This document shows, in pieces, positions 1 to 10,128 of a stretch of DNA of 64,000 nt. The position numbers and the translations under genes are program-made. The DNA lies in IMG/VR virus record IMGVR_UViG_3300009158_000031, positions 190,394 through 254,393 of that record. One strand, written 5' to 3'. Position 1 is the first letter of the stretch. Each line of letters opens with the position of its first letter. The notes under the pieces were generated by a model. The model made no database searches and was not told where the DNA came from. It saw only the letters and a list, made by a program, of their open reading frames with translations.

Positions 1-73
1 TAGATGAAATCGTTGCAGAAGCTCTTAAATTGAAATATCTCCTAACAATGTCTTAAAAATACTTAATTACAAA

Positions 74-457
74 ATGTTTGTACCAAATCACATTCACGTC
101 CTTATTAAAGGTTATGTCAAAAATCCACCTCGAACAGAGGAACATCTAAATGATTGGTTTCGACGATTGGTCGAACGTGTAAGAATGGTAGTAGTTGCTG
201 GTCCAACTTCTGTATATGTTAATGAACCCGGAAATGAAGGTTTAACTGGAACCGTTACATTAGCAACCTCACATGCATCTATTCATGTATGGGATAACAT
301 TGAACCTGCAATGTTCCAATTCGATCTATATTCATGTTCAGAATTTACTCCACAGGAAGTTATCGAACACTTAGAAGAATTCGATCTAGTTTCATGCGAA
401 TATATGTTCATCGATCGTAATACTGAAATGAAAGTCGTAGAAACTGGAAATGTTTAA
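74..457 (+). CDS. speD: S-adenosylmethionine decarboxylase proenzyme
   Basis: GLTGTVTLATSHASIHVW matches the AdoMetDC xSHxSIHxW self-cleavage motif; also DLYSC; typical size. Confidence 0.85.
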   Translation: MFVPNHIHVLIKGYVKNPPRTEEHLNDWFRRLVERVRMVVVAGPTSVYVNEPGNEGLTGTVTLATSHASIHVWDNIEPAMFQFDLYSCSEFTPQEVIEHLEEFDLVSCEYMFIDRNTEMKVVETGNV

Positions 458-794
458 AGCTCTAAAAAATAAATTACACATCATATCATGGGTGTTAACT
501 GATATTGTCTGGTACTCAGGCAATTCTGATTTAACTCTGATTATGATTATACCTACGTTACTCTTAACCGGATATGCTCTAATAGCACAAAAGGATAAAA
601 GAGAAGAAAACTTTGTACTTGCCTCATGGGTTCTTGCGAATACTATTTGGTTGTTACATGAAATACGAGATTGGTCTATTCTTCCAGTTTTTCTTTTCAT
701 GACGATTGGAGTCGTATTCTCTTTTCTCACTATGAGATCTTGTTTACATATCCAATGCAAAAAACCAACACCTATAAAAAATGGCAAAGTCTAG
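450..794 (+). CDS. membrane protein, unknown function
   Basis: Several hydrophobic segments; overlaps the speD stop. Confidence 0.6.
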   Translation: MFKALKNKLHIISWVLTDIVWYSGNSDLTLIMIIPTLLLTGYALIAQKDKREENFVLASWVLANTIWLLHEIRDWSILPVFLFMTIGVVFSFLTMRSCLHIQCKKPTPIKNGKV

Positions 795-924
795 TACCAG
801 CGAGGTTAGAAATTTCCACGCTAAAACTAAAAAGAAAAATCCTGGAGTACATTCGAAGACAAAATCTTCAAGAGCAAAAACTTCTAAGAATTACAGAAAA
901 GCTTATGTAGGACAGGGGAAATAA
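781..924 (+). CDS. small basic protein (47 aa, missing from ORF track)
   Basis: Translated by hand: MAKSSTSEVRNFHAKTKKKNPGVHSKTKSSRAKTSKNYRKAYVGQGK; fills the gap before 930; resembles K-rich YxGQG(R/K) peptides of large phages. Confidence 0.7.
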   Translation: MAKSSTSEVRNFHAKTKKKNPGVHSKTKSSRAKTSKNYRKAYVGQGK

Positions 925-929
925 TCCCT

Positions 930-1457
930 ATGGCAAAACGTAGAATTCAAAACCGAACCATAATGTTTTTTGGTCAGGTTACAGAAAACAATGTATCTAA
1001 AGTCATCGATCAAATTGATGCCATTTTAGAAGAAGATCCGAATGACAATGGTCCCATCAAAATCATTCTGTCTAGTGAAGGTGGAGATGTGTATGATGGA
1101 TTTGGCCTTATAGGTTATATGGAATCTATACCAATAAAATTCCATATTCATTGTGTAGGTAAAATCATGTCAATGGCATTACCAATCGCTCTATCAGGAG
1201 ATTTAGTTACTGCATCTCCTTATTGTACTTTCATGTATCATGAAATATCCCATTCCGTACCATATCACGAGAAGATACAATATCACAAACAAGAATTAAA
1301 AGAATGTGACCGTCTACAGAAGATGTACGATGAGTATATAGTTAATCACACCAAGTTCGATAAAGTGTTCCTAGATGATATTAAGGATAAACGAGCAGAG
1401 TTCTATTTTTCACCGAAAGAAGCCATTAAATATGGTGTCATATCTAAAATAGTTTAG
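930..1457 (+). CDS. ClpP-like serine protease subunit
   Basis: SSEGGDVYDG, CVGKIMSMA (catalytic Ser), FMYHE (His). Confidence 0.85.
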   Translation: MAKRRIQNRTIMFFGQVTENNVSKVIDQIDAILEEDPNDNGPIKIILSSEGGDVYDGFGLIGYMESIPIKFHIHCVGKIMSMALPIALSGDLVTASPYCTFMYHEISHSVPYHEKIQYHKQELKECDRLQKMYDEYIVNHTKFDKVFLDDIKDKRAEFYFSPKEAIKYGVISKIV

Positions 1458-1482
1458 ATAGATATTAAAATCAAATTATCAA

Positions 1483-1764
1483 ATGGAAAACAAATCAAAT
1501 ACCGTCTTTGGAAAACTTAAATGGTTCTTTACCGAACTTATGAAAATGTACAGCAGTGAAAAATCATATTTCTCTAAGAAGAGAGTTGAATCTGGAATTG
1601 CTTTTGTCATATCTCAATGGGGTATGATTTGGTTCTTAATAAAGAAAATCGATGTACTAACTGCATCCGATATGTTAATTTGGGCAGGTATTGAATTTGC
1701 CGTTGCTGGATATATGATTAATCAAATCCAAAAAGAGAAGAAGACCGAAGATACTTCTAATTAA
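1483..1764 (+). CDS. small two-TM membrane protein
   Basis: Two hydrophobic helices after SKKRVES. Confidence 0.65.
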   Translation: MENKSNTVFGKLKWFFTELMKMYSSEKSYFSKKRVESGIAFVISQWGMIWFLIKKIDVLTASDMLIWAGIEFAVAGYMINQIQKEKKTEDTSN

Positions 1765-1802
1765 ATTTTACATATAATTACTATATTCTAAATAGTAATA
1801 AT

Positions 1803-2213
1803 ATGCAAACATCAGCCGGAATACTTTTCATATTAGACAACAAAGCGCTATTAGCACATTCAACTAATTCAAGATGGTGGAATTCATGGATGCCACCTAA
1901 AGGTCATGTTGAAGACGGGGAGTCTTTACCACAAACAGCAGCCAGGGAAACCGAAGAAGAAATTGGTTGGCGAATAGATCCTAAATATCTTAAAGAAAGT
2001 TTTCTAGTAGAATATCAAAAATCTAATATGGTTTGGAAACAAATACACATATTTCCGATTTATCTAGATTCCATTAATGACGATAGATTAAAAATTGTAG
2101 GAGATCTTCAAAAAGAAGAAGTTGATGCTATTGAATGGATGGATCATGATATGATTATTAAAAGATCTAATCGAGGTTATGTTACACATATATTAAACGC
2201 AATAAAAAAATAA
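1803..2213 (+). CDS. Nudix hydrolase
   Basis: Nudix box GHVEDGESLPQTAARETEEEIG. Confidence 0.9.
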   Translation: MQTSAGILFILDNKALLAHSTNSRWWNSWMPPKGHVEDGESLPQTAARETEEEIGWRIDPKYLKESFLVEYQKSNMVWKQIHIFPIYLDSINDDRLKIVGDLQKEEVDAIEWMDHDMIIKRSNRGYVTHILNAIKK

Positions 2214-2218
2214 AAATT

Positions 2219-3193
2219 ATGCACGAAACACGCATTCCTAAAGTTAAAGGTTTCATTGATTCACGAGAAGTAAAAGTACATGGAACATTCGTAAAAGGTT
2301 GGGTTTGTCCTCTTGATCGAAGAACTCCATACGAAATGAAGTTACTCGTTGATGGAATCGAAATGCCAATCGCATCAGGTATGGAAAGACCAGATGTATC
2401 AAAGGTATATTACAAAAAAGAAAAACAATTTGGATTTCAAACCGTATTTCCTAATACTGCAAAAACCGCAATAGTACTTATTAAAAATGAATATGGTACA
2501 TGGGATGAGGTATTCGATTTATTAGGAATTCCCGAAGCAGTAACTCCTAAAGCAGAAACCTCTAATGAAGATCTAGATAAAATATTTAAAACGACTAACG
2601 AATGGAAAACGTTCTTATGCGTTGATAATTTTTATGACGATCCTGATGCAGTTAGAGAATTTGCATTGAATCAAGATTTTCAAATACACAAAGATTATCA
2701 TAAAGGAAGACGAACTGATGTAGTATATCGTCCTGAAGGTTTAAGAGAAAAATTCGAAAAGATCATTGGTAGAAAAATCACTTCATGGGACAAATATGGA
2801 GTTAATGGATGTTTTCAACATTGTATAGCCGAAGATCAAGTGGTTTATCATTTTGATTCGCAAAATTATGCAGGTGTAATTTATCTAACACCAGATGCAC
2901 CACCCGAAAGTGGAACTACATTCTATCGCTCTAAGAAAAACAAACTAACAAAAATCATGGATAATCCTCATGCAACAGCAACCGGAAAATCATTTGATGA
3001 ATTACATAAGGAAACTTTCGAAAGAGGATTCTATGATTCTACTCAATTCGATGTAGTGGATGTTGTTGGTAACGTTTACAATCGATTAGTTATATGGGAT
3101 GCATTAACACTCCATGCAGCTACTAAATATTTTGGAACAGATCTACATAATTCCAGACTATTCCATCTATTCTTCTTCGACGTAGAGAAATAA
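2219..3193 (+). CDS. 2OG-Fe(II) oxygenase (DUF6445-like) with extra N-terminal beta domain
   Basis: VDNFYDDPD, HFD, YLTP, YNRLV, H...RL jelly-roll motifs. Confidence 0.75.
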   Translation: MHETRIPKVKGFIDSREVKVHGTFVKGWVCPLDRRTPYEMKLLVDGIEMPIASGMERPDVSKVYYKKEKQFGFQTVFPNTAKTAIVLIKNEYGTWDEVFDLLGIPEAVTPKAETSNEDLDKIFKTTNEWKTFLCVDNFYDDPDAVREFALNQDFQIHKDYHKGRRTDVVYRPEGLREKFEKIIGRKITSWDKYGVNGCFQHCIAEDQVVYHFDSQNYAGVIYLTPDAPPESGTTFYRSKKNKLTKIMDNPHATATGKSFDELHKETFERGFYDSTQFDVVDVVGNVYNRLVIWDALTLHAATKYFGTDLHNSRLFHLFFFDVEK

Positions 3194-3249
3194 AATAGAT
3201 ATTCTTCATTAATGCGTAGTTCATATAATTTAAAATACACATTAATCAA

Positions 3250-3945
3250 ATGAAAAAAGTAGAAGCTCTGTTTATATCAGATGTACATCTAGGAAGTAAA
3301 GGATCTAATGCCGCAAAGTTATTAGAAACTTTAAAACAATATGAACCGGAGAAATTATTTATTGTCGGTGACTTCATTGATGGTTGGCTGCTAAAGAAGC
3401 GACATTATTGGACACAGGATTATACTAACGTAATTCGTAAAATTTTATCATACTCAAAACGAGGAACTCAAGTGATTTATATAACAGGAAATCATGACGA
3501 GTTCCTTCGTCATTATGCACCAACCGATCTAGGTGACAATATACAAATTGCTGATGAATGGATTTGGAATGGATATTTCATAACACATGGAGATTTATAC
3601 GATGGAGTTGTTAGCCTAAAATGGTTAGCTCATTTAGGATCTGCTGGTTACGAATTAGCAATTACCATTGATCGATTCATGAAACGTTTTGGTTATAAGA
3701 AATCTTTATCTAAATGGGCTAAAGATTCAGTAAAAGATGCAGTAAAATTTATCACATCGTTCGAATCTCAATTAGCTTTTCAAGCAGATAAACGCAATTG
3801 TACTGGCGTAATTTGCGGACATATACATAAACCAGAGAATAAAATAATTGATGGTATACATTATCTCAATTGTGGAGATTGGATAGAAAACAATACATAC
3901 ATAGTATATGATAAAGGAACATTTGACAATCGTCATTCCGTGTAA
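3250..3945 (+). CDS. LpxH-like (UDP-2,3-diacylglucosamine hydrolase family) metallophosphoesterase
   Basis: SDVHLG, GDFID, GNHD, HGD, GHIH, NCGDW. Confidence 0.85.
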   Translation: MKKVEALFISDVHLGSKGSNAAKLLETLKQYEPEKLFIVGDFIDGWLLKKRHYWTQDYTNVIRKILSYSKRGTQVIYITGNHDEFLRHYAPTDLGDNIQIADEWIWNGYFITHGDLYDGVVSLKWLAHLGSAGYELAITIDRFMKRFGYKKSLSKWAKDSVKDAVKFITSFESQLAFQADKRNCTGVICGHIHKPENKIIDGIHYLNCGDWIENNTYIVYDKGTFDNRHSV

Positions 3946-4612
3946 AAACGAAGAGAATTACATATTAGAAACCCTATATTCAATAGAAAAACAGGAGTGG
4001 ATCGTTGGAACTCGAGTAATTATTGCCGATGCAAATTCTACGGATTCTACTCGACAAAGAATAAAAGAATATCAAGAACATTCTTTACTTAATATTGAGG
4101 TAATTGATGGAGGTTCCGTTTCATTTGGTAGAAATGCCGGTGCCAAATTATGCGATACTCAATACGTTCTTTTTATGGATGCAGATTCTCATCTTTTTGA
4201 AACGGATATTATATTCGAAGCCATCTTTCAAATATTACATTATGCAGATCTAGTAACATGCAAATTAAAATGTACACAAAAAATACTTAAAGCAAATATC
4301 ATATACCGAACATTTAATATCATACAAAGTCTTATGCCAGAAACATTTTCGACTGGAGTTTTTATGATGGTTAATATGGATGAATATCGAAGAATTGGTG
4401 GATTCAATGAAGATCTACATCAATCCGAAGATTATATCTTCTCTAGAAATATTCCTAAAAAGAGATTCCAGATTATAGATAGATTTACCGGACAAGACGA
4501 TCGAAGATTTAAGAAGACCGGATATTTAGGTATGTTAAAGCTGGTATTCAGTAATTACCTTAATCGTAATAACATAGAACACTTTAAGAAAGACGTAAAT
4601 TATTGGAAATAA
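3908..4612 (+). CDS. glycosyltransferase family 2
   Basis: IVIPCKNEE, DANSTD, GRNAGA, DAD, GGF, ED. Confidence 0.9.
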   Translation: MIKEHLTIVIPCKNEENYILETLYSIEKQEWIVGTRVIIADANSTDSTRQRIKEYQEHSLLNIEVIDGGSVSFGRNAGAKLCDTQYVLFMDADSHLFETDIIFEAIFQILHYADLVTCKLKCTQKILKANIIYRTFNIIQSLMPETFSTGVFMMVNMDEYRRIGGFNEDLHQSEDYIFSRNIPKKRFQIIDRFTGQDDRRFKKTGYLGMLKLVFSNYLNRNNIEHFKKDVNYWK

Positions 4613-4643
4613 TGAATCATATAATAACTTTAAATTAATAAAC

Positions 4644-5504
4644 ATGAGTAAAGAAACAATCGGAATCATCGGTCAAGGCTTTGTTGGATCAGCCGTTCGA
4701 GAAGGAATGCAAAATTATTTTGATATTTTAGCATTTGATAAAGATCCAAATAAATACAGCAATGTAGAATCAATATATCATATGATTGAATCTACCAGTA
4801 TTGCTTTTCTTTGTGTACCTACTCCAATGAAAAAATCAGGTGAATGTGATTTATCAATCGTTAGAAATGCATTAACAGAAATCTCTAATATAGCAAAGTC
4901 GCTATCCGTTGAAGATTTTATCGTGGTTATGAAATCTACGGTTCCACCAGGAACAACTGATAAATTGAATAGTGAATATTCCAATTTAGATATCCTATTC
5001 AATCCTGAATTTCTAACAGAAGCTAATGCAACCGAAGATTACAAAAATCAAAATCGTATTATTGTAGGTGGTGAAAGACCTGGATCTACAAAAGTTAAAG
5101 CAATTTTCGCTAAAGCATTTCCGAAAGTGCCTATCATCAAAACATCTTCCACTATCGCGGAAACTATTAAGTATGTAACTAATACATTCTTGGCAATGAA
5201 GGTTTCGTATGCAAATGAAATCTTTCAAATGTGTCAAGCTCTTAATGTAGATTACGATAAAGTAATTGAATATGCTCGATACGATGACCGTTTAGGTAAT
5301 TCACATTGGTCAGTACCCGGACCAGATGGTGATTATGGATTTGGTGGACATTGCTTCCCAAAAGATATTGCAGCACTACAATATGTTGCAAAAAACCTTA
5401 ACGTAGATTCCACTATGTTAACCGCTACAATTAATAAAAATAACCTTGTTCGCACTGATTTAGATTGGACTAAACAAATCGGTAGAGCAGTATCTGCAGA
5501 ATAA
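4644..5504 (+). CDS. ugd: UDP-glucose/nucleotide-sugar 6-dehydrogenase (lacks C-terminal domain)
   Basis: GQGFVG, CVPTP, KSTVPPGT, NPEFL, GFGGHCFPKD. Confidence 0.85.
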   Translation: MSKETIGIIGQGFVGSAVREGMQNYFDILAFDKDPNKYSNVESIYHMIESTSIAFLCVPTPMKKSGECDLSIVRNALTEISNIAKSLSVEDFIVVMKSTVPPGTTDKLNSEYSNLDILFNPEFLTEANATEDYKNQNRIIVGGERPGSTKVKAIFAKAFPKVPIIKTSSTIAETIKYVTNTFLAMKVSYANEIFQMCQALNVDYDKVIEYARYDDRLGNSHWSVPGPDGDYGFGGHCFPKDIAALQYVAKNLNVDSTMLTATINKNNLVRTDLDWTKQIGRAVSAE

Positions 5505-5505
5505 T

Positions 5506-5763
5506 ATGAGTATATTAAAAGATCAAAAAGTAAATTGGATCCAATCTAAAGAAGATACCAAGAAAGTTGAAGATAAAAAAGCAATGAGTGGTAAAGAAAG
5601 ACTTAAAACCATCACTGCAATTATTACTGCTCAACAGACAATAAATGAAAAATGTAAGTTGGTATATGAAAGTAAACCAACTTCTGAATTGTATAGCATC
5701 ATCATAATGAACGATGTTAATTTAAGCGTATTAGAAAAAATAAAAGTACAAAATGAAGGTTAA
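5506..5763 (+). CDS. hypothetical protein
   Basis: Tightly packed ORF in operon. Confidence 0.6.
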   Translation: MSILKDQKVNWIQSKEDTKKVEDKKAMSGKERLKTITAIITAQQTINEKCKLVYESKPTSELYSIIIMNDVNLSVLEKIKVQNEG

Positions 5764-6103
5764 TACTAATAAGATTGATGGAATGGTTATTCGTGATAAC
5801 GAAACCTACATCGTAGAAGACAATCGTTTTTTGAAGAATATGGTTCTATCAAAAACTACATTACATCCTGGTAAAGATACTTCAGGACATTCACATCCTG
5901 GTCTCGAGGAAGTTTACTTCTTCAAAAAAGGAAGTGGTGTTATGCAATTAGATGAAGAATTTATCGATGTTGCTGAAGGCGATATTGTTCTAATTCCAGA
6001 CGGTGCGTTTCATAAAGTATACAATTCAAAACATCCTTCAGGATGGAGTCAACATTCACTTGAATTTGTATGTGTATTTCAATCATACGAAAGAGAAGAT
6101 TAA
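5753..6103 (+). CDS. cupin-domain protein
   Basis: HSHPGLEEVY...GDIVLIPDGAFH. Confidence 0.85.
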   Translation: MKVNTNKIDGMVIRDNETYIVEDNRFLKNMVLSKTTLHPGKDTSGHSHPGLEEVYFFKKGSGVMQLDEEFIDVAEGDIVLIPDGAFHKVYNSKHPSGWSQHSLEFVCVFQSYERED

Positions 6104-6115
6104 CAGATAAAATAT

Positions 6116-6415
6116 ATGAACTTAACAAACGAATTTATGCCTATTCGAGAATGGGCAAAAGACAAAGGAATCTACGAGAAAGGCGATCCTCTAACACAAT
6201 TCGCTAAGCTATCCGAAGAAATGGGTGAATTAGCTATGTCATTGCTAAAGAAGAATGATGCGGAATTTCAAGATGCTATTGGTGATTGTGTAGTGGTACT
6301 TACGAATCTAGCAAAACTTAAAGGTTATAACATTGAGGATTGTATCAATGGATCTTATGAGGTTATTGCAAAACGTAAAGGACAAATGGTTAATGGAACT
6401 TTCGTAAAAGAATAA
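6116..6415 (+). CDS. MazG-like NTP pyrophosphohydrolase
   Basis: KLSEEMGEL...DAIGD, ends GTFVKE. Confidence 0.85.
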   Translation: MNLTNEFMPIREWAKDKGIYEKGDPLTQFAKLSEEMGELAMSLLKKNDAEFQDAIGDCVVVLTNLAKLKGYNIEDCINGSYEVIAKRKGQMVNGTFVKE

Positions 6416-6463
6416 TGTTAATAACTTTCAATAATTAAATTTTTTTATTCCGCAAAAAAGTAT
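6416..6463 (+). promoter_or_regulatory. promoter repeat copy 1 (truncated, lacks TATATTT)
   Basis: TGTTAATAACTTT...TTTTTTATTCCGCAAAAAAGTAT runs directly into the ATG at 6462. Confidence 0.7.
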
Positions 6464-6686
6464 GACAAAAGAAAAATTAGATAAGGAATTACGAGAGCTT
6501 GCCGTGGGCGCAATCGATGCTGGAGACATAGACGATTCAATGGCATTCGATATTGCGGATGGCTGGCTAATGGATAATCCAACCGCGAATGCAGCGATCA
6601 AGAAGTACTATGGCGCAAGCGATGCACAAGGCTTTGTGGCCAATCGAATCTGTTGGCCTAACGTCCGAAACTTACTTAACCCTTAA
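6462..6686 (+). CDS. hypothetical protein, higher GC than neighbours
   Basis: ORF with GCC/GGC/GCG codons. Confidence 0.55.
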   Translation: MTKEKLDKELRELAVGAIDAGDIDDSMAFDIADGWLMDNPTANAAIKKYYGASDAQGFVANRICWPNVRNLLNP

Positions 6687-6713
6687 AACCAATTAACATG
6701 ACAACCCAGGAGA

Positions 6714-7313
6714 ATGATAGACAATCTAGAAATAATAAAGAGCATTCTTAATTTCCAGAAGCGAGGTGACTTCTATATGTTATACGTTTTCAAACGCAAG
6801 AAAGATCAACCTGAAGGAGAACGTAATAATCATCAATCAGTAAGAACTATTAAAACTTATTGCATCGAAAGTATCGATCATCTAGAAAGACGATACGATG
6901 AAATCCGTCAAATGTGCGAAATGTTTAAAGCCCGAGCATATATACATGTACAAAAGCAAAATCACTTTGATGTTTCTCTTAATATGATGGTTGCACTTGC
7001 TCAACGAATTCAAGATGGAAACGTCAATCAAAAAGGTTTATTCGATTCGGTTGTTGGTCAAATCAAAACGCAAGAAAAACTTTGGATAGTCGATATCGAT
7101 ACACAAGATCTACAAGAACTAAGAAACATTCAAGTAACTATTAATCAATGCAAACCAGAAGGACCAAAAACTAAATACATCGTTCCAACTAAAAACGGAT
7201 GGCATTTAATTACTGATCGTTTCGACGTATTAGAATTTTCAAAGAAACATCCTGAAGTAGATATCCAAAAGAAGAACCCTACTTTATTATATTTACCTAA
7301 TAGCTTATCTTAA
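6714..7313 (+). CDS. conserved phage protein with AEP/PrimPol-like motifs
   Basis: WIVDID and TKNGWHLI resemble AEP motifs I and II; function uncertain. Confidence 0.5.
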   Translation: MIDNLEIIKSILNFQKRGDFYMLYVFKRKKDQPEGERNNHQSVRTIKTYCIESIDHLERRYDEIRQMCEMFKARAYIHVQKQNHFDVSLNMMVALAQRIQDGNVNQKGLFDSVVGQIKTQEKLWIVDIDTQDLQELRNIQVTINQCKPEGPKTKYIVPTKNGWHLITDRFDVLEFSKKHPEVDIQKKNPTLLYLPNSLS

Positions 7314-7315
7314 AT

Positions 7316-7377
7316 TGTTAATAACTTTTTACGAAAACAGTTTTTTATTCCACAAAAAAGTATTATATTTATACTAT
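7316..7377 (+). promoter_or_regulatory. promoter repeat copy 2
   Basis: TGTTAATAACTTT; TATTCC at +30; TATATTTA at +48. Confidence 0.8.
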
Positions 7378-7394
7378 AATTAAATACTCAAAAT

Positions 7395-7685
7395 ATGAAA
7401 AACTTTCGAATCGTTATTAAATGTCAAGGTGGTTTCTTAACTATCATCGATAAAAAAACTGAATCCGTAATGGATATTATGAAATCTTTCGTAACACCAA
7501 AAACTATTCTAACAATCGAACAAAAATCCGAAGCATCTGATAATTACTTTACGGTATTCGCAACTAAAGGTTCTAAAGTACATATCGCTTCAAAAGAAAT
7601 TTACGATTCAAACTATATTCAATCATATTGGCCAACAACCGATATGAACAGAATTGGTAAACCAGTAACCGAATGGAGAAACTAA
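7395..7685 (+). CDS. hypothetical early protein
   Basis: ORF directly after promoter repeat. Confidence 0.65.
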   Translation: MKNFRIVIKCQGGFLTIIDKKTESVMDIMKSFVTPKTILTIEQKSEASDNYFTVFATKGSKVHIASKEIYDSNYIQSYWPTTDMNRIGKPVTEWRN

Positions 7686-7698
7686 AAACAAAACATAT

Positions 7699-7899
7699 AT
7701 GCTAAAATTCGAAAATCTAAAAACCGGCGATCGCTTTACTGCGAACACAAATTTTGAAAGTAATGTTGTAAAAATCATTGAGGAATTAACCTATTATGGA
7801 ATATCCGAAACTGGATTACATATAGGATTAACCAAAGATGGTGAACGAATGGGATTCTATGATTTTGACATTATTGATATTATTCACGTAGAAAAATAA
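7699..7899 (+). CDS. hypothetical protein
   Basis: ORF with A-rich leader. Confidence 0.6.
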   Translation: MLKFENLKTGDRFTANTNFESNVVKIIEELTYYGISETGLHIGLTKDGERMGFYDFDIIDIIHVEK

Positions 7900-7903
7900 A
7901 AAT

Positions 7904-8128
7904 ATGATATGTAAATGTAACTCGGAAATACATCCGAAAAGAATTGAATTAGGTTATAAAACGTGTACTGGATGTTCAACCGAAGAAATGAAAGCCGTTA
8001 TACAAATTAACAATCACAAGACCGGGAACGAAATCCAAATCGTTGATCAGGAAACAGCAAGACAATTTAATTTCTTAGCTAGCCGATCATCATTTGGCGT
8101 ATCAACCGGTGTAAAAGGAAGAAGATAA
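7904..8128 (+). CDS. small zinc-finger protein (DksA/TraR-like C4)
   Basis: CKC-x3-I-x3-R-x7-CTGC. Confidence 0.6.
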   Translation: MICKCNSEIHPKRIELGYKTCTGCSTEEMKAVIQINNHKTGNEIQIVDQETARQFNFLASRSSFGVSTGVKGRR

Positions 8129-8132
8129 AACT

Positions 8133-9140
8133 ATGGAAAGAAAATTAGCAAGCATTCAAGTCATTCGAGACATTCGTCCTATTGAAGGAGCAGATGCAAT
8201 CGAATTAGCAATCATTAATGATTGGCAAGTAGTAGTCGCAAAAAGCGTAGGTCATCAAGTTGGCGATCATGTTGTTTATTGTGAAATTGATTCATTCTTA
8301 CCTATAAGAGAAGAATTCGAATTCTTGCGAAAAAGTTCTTATAGGAAGATGGATGATCTAGAAGGATTTCGTCTTAGGACTATAAAACTTCGAGGACAAA
8401 TATCACAAGGACTTATCGTACCAATAAGTATATTTGGTGATTTTGGATGGACCGCATATGAAGGTCTTGATGTTACCGAAAGATTAGGAATTATAAAATA
8501 CGAACCACCTATCCCTGCAGAATTAGCCGGTAAAGTAAAAGGAAACTTTCCTTCATTTATACCAAAGACTGACGAAGAAAGAATTCAAAATCTAACTGAC
8601 AAATATGAGACTTGGAAAACTCAACCATTTTATGTTACTGAAAAATTAGATGGATCATCCGCAACCTACTACTTCCGCAATGGAGAATTTGGAGTGTGTT
8701 CTAGAAATCTAGATCTTGAAGAAACTGAAGGTAATACCTTTTGGAAGATTGCTCGAGAATTAAAGATAGAAGAATGGTTAGGAACACAATCAATTAATTA
8801 TGCCATTCAAGGTGAGTTAATTGGTGAAGGTATTCAAGGAAATCCTTATAAGATCAAAGGACAAACGGTTCGCTTCTTTAACGCATTCAATATAGACAAA
8901 TATGAATACTTAAGTTTAGAAGAATTCGAATCCCTAATCACTTCAATGAAGTTAAAAACCGTTCCAATTATCGATCGTGCATTTACTTTACCTAATACAA
9001 TCGAAGAACTTCTTAATTATGCCGATAAGAAAAGTGAATTGAATAATCAATTTGATCGTGAAGGTGTCGTTATTCGTAGTATCGATCGAAAAATCAGTTT
9101 CAAAGTAATCAGTAACAAATTTCTACTAAACGAAAAATAA
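8133..9140 (+). CDS. RNA ligase, DRB0094/Rnl5 family
   Basis: RKLASI N-terminus, KTDEERIQN, TEKLDGSS, GELIGEGIQGN, EGVV, FKVIS. Confidence 0.9.
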   Translation: MERKLASIQVIRDIRPIEGADAIELAIINDWQVVVAKSVGHQVGDHVVYCEIDSFLPIREEFEFLRKSSYRKMDDLEGFRLRTIKLRGQISQGLIVPISIFGDFGWTAYEGLDVTERLGIIKYEPPIPAELAGKVKGNFPSFIPKTDEERIQNLTDKYETWKTQPFYVTEKLDGSSATYYFRNGEFGVCSRNLDLEETEGNTFWKIARELKIEEWLGTQSINYAIQGELIGEGIQGNPYKIKGQTVRFFNAFNIDKYEYLSLEEFESLITSMKLKTVPIIDRAFTLPNTIEELLNYADKKSELNNQFDREGVVIRSIDRKISFKVISNKFLLNEK

Positions 9141-9481
9141 TGAGAAACCTACTAATAGCACTCCTATGTATTGTTCTAGGACAATCAATTTCCTTTATAC
9201 AACTACAAGGACAATTCATAAACGAATGGATGAAGAATAACATTTGGGCATCAGTTCTTCTTGGATTACCTATTAGTTGGTTGCTTATAACCTTTACTCG
9301 ATATTGTAAAGACGCTTTCGATGGTCAAATATGGCCAGGGAGATTAATTGGATTTGCAATAGGTGCTATCGTATTTACGATAATGTCGCAAATTATTTTC
9401 AAAGAAACATTAACTGCCAAAACCGTTTCCTGCTTATTTTTAGCAGTTTGTATTTTGGCAATTCAATTATTATGGAAATGA
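9140..9481 (+). CDS. four-TM membrane protein (SMR/DMT-like)
   Basis: Four hydrophobic helices in 113 aa. Confidence 0.6.
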   Translation: MRNLLIALLCIVLGQSISFIQLQGQFINEWMKNNIWASVLLGLPISWLLITFTRYCKDAFDGQIWPGRLIGFAIGAIVFTIMSQIIFKETLTAKTVSCLFLAVCILAIQLLWK

Positions 9482-9852
9482 AATTAGAAGTATTTAAAGA
9501 GACGATCAACCGATTAAAGGAACAAAACGAATCTATTGATAGAGCTTACAAAGCTGGTATAGATTTGATAAATTTCTTAGATCCAATAGAAAGTGCAGTA
9601 TCTCATTTGATTGGATCTATCTATGGTATTGAAGGTAAAGAAGTTTTTGATTGGTGGTGTTATGAAAAAGAATGGGGAACTAGAAAGGATTTTAATATGA
9701 CAGATCGTGAAGGAAATGTAATGTGCGAAACTATAGAAGATCTACATACTTGGTTAGAAGAAAATGCATCAAATGATTATATTCTACCTAGAAGATTAAG
9801 TGATGAGGAGCGAGAAGAGGCAATAAAGATTGCATTCGGATTTGGTGCCTAA
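9478..9852 (+). CDS. hypothetical protein
   Basis: Start moved to the ATGA overlap; FDWWCYEKEWG motif. Confidence 0.6.
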   Translation: MKLEVFKETINRLKEQNESIDRAYKAGIDLINFLDPIESAVSHLIGSIYGIEGKEVFDWWCYEKEWGTRKDFNMTDREGNVMCETIEDLHTWLEENASNDYILPRRLSDEEREEAIKIAFGFGA

Positions 9853-9898
9853 ATTAATAACATTCAACATACATATAATTAATAATAAAAACTCTCAC

Positions 9899-10126
9899 AT
9901 GAAAAAACCATTATCTAAAATTGCTTATTTTCTACTACTATTTTTTGTTGCACATCAATTAGGTAGATTAGGATTTAATTGGATGGAATCCCATAATTCA
10001 TTTTTAAGTTGGACTGGAGCTCTATCTATAATTGTTTCTATTACTACATGTCTTATATGTGGTTGGAATATTGGATCAAACTTGGCTGACATCGTAATCC
10101 ATTGGAGATCTAATAGAAAGAAGTAA
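9899..10126 (+). CDS. small membrane protein
   Basis: Start moved to ATG after the CATATAAT motif; two TM segments. Confidence 0.55.
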   Translation: MKKPLSKIAYFLLLFFVAHQLGRLGFNWMESHNSFLSWTGALSIIVSITTCLICGWNIGSNLADIVIHWRSNRKK

Positions 10127-10128
10127 AA

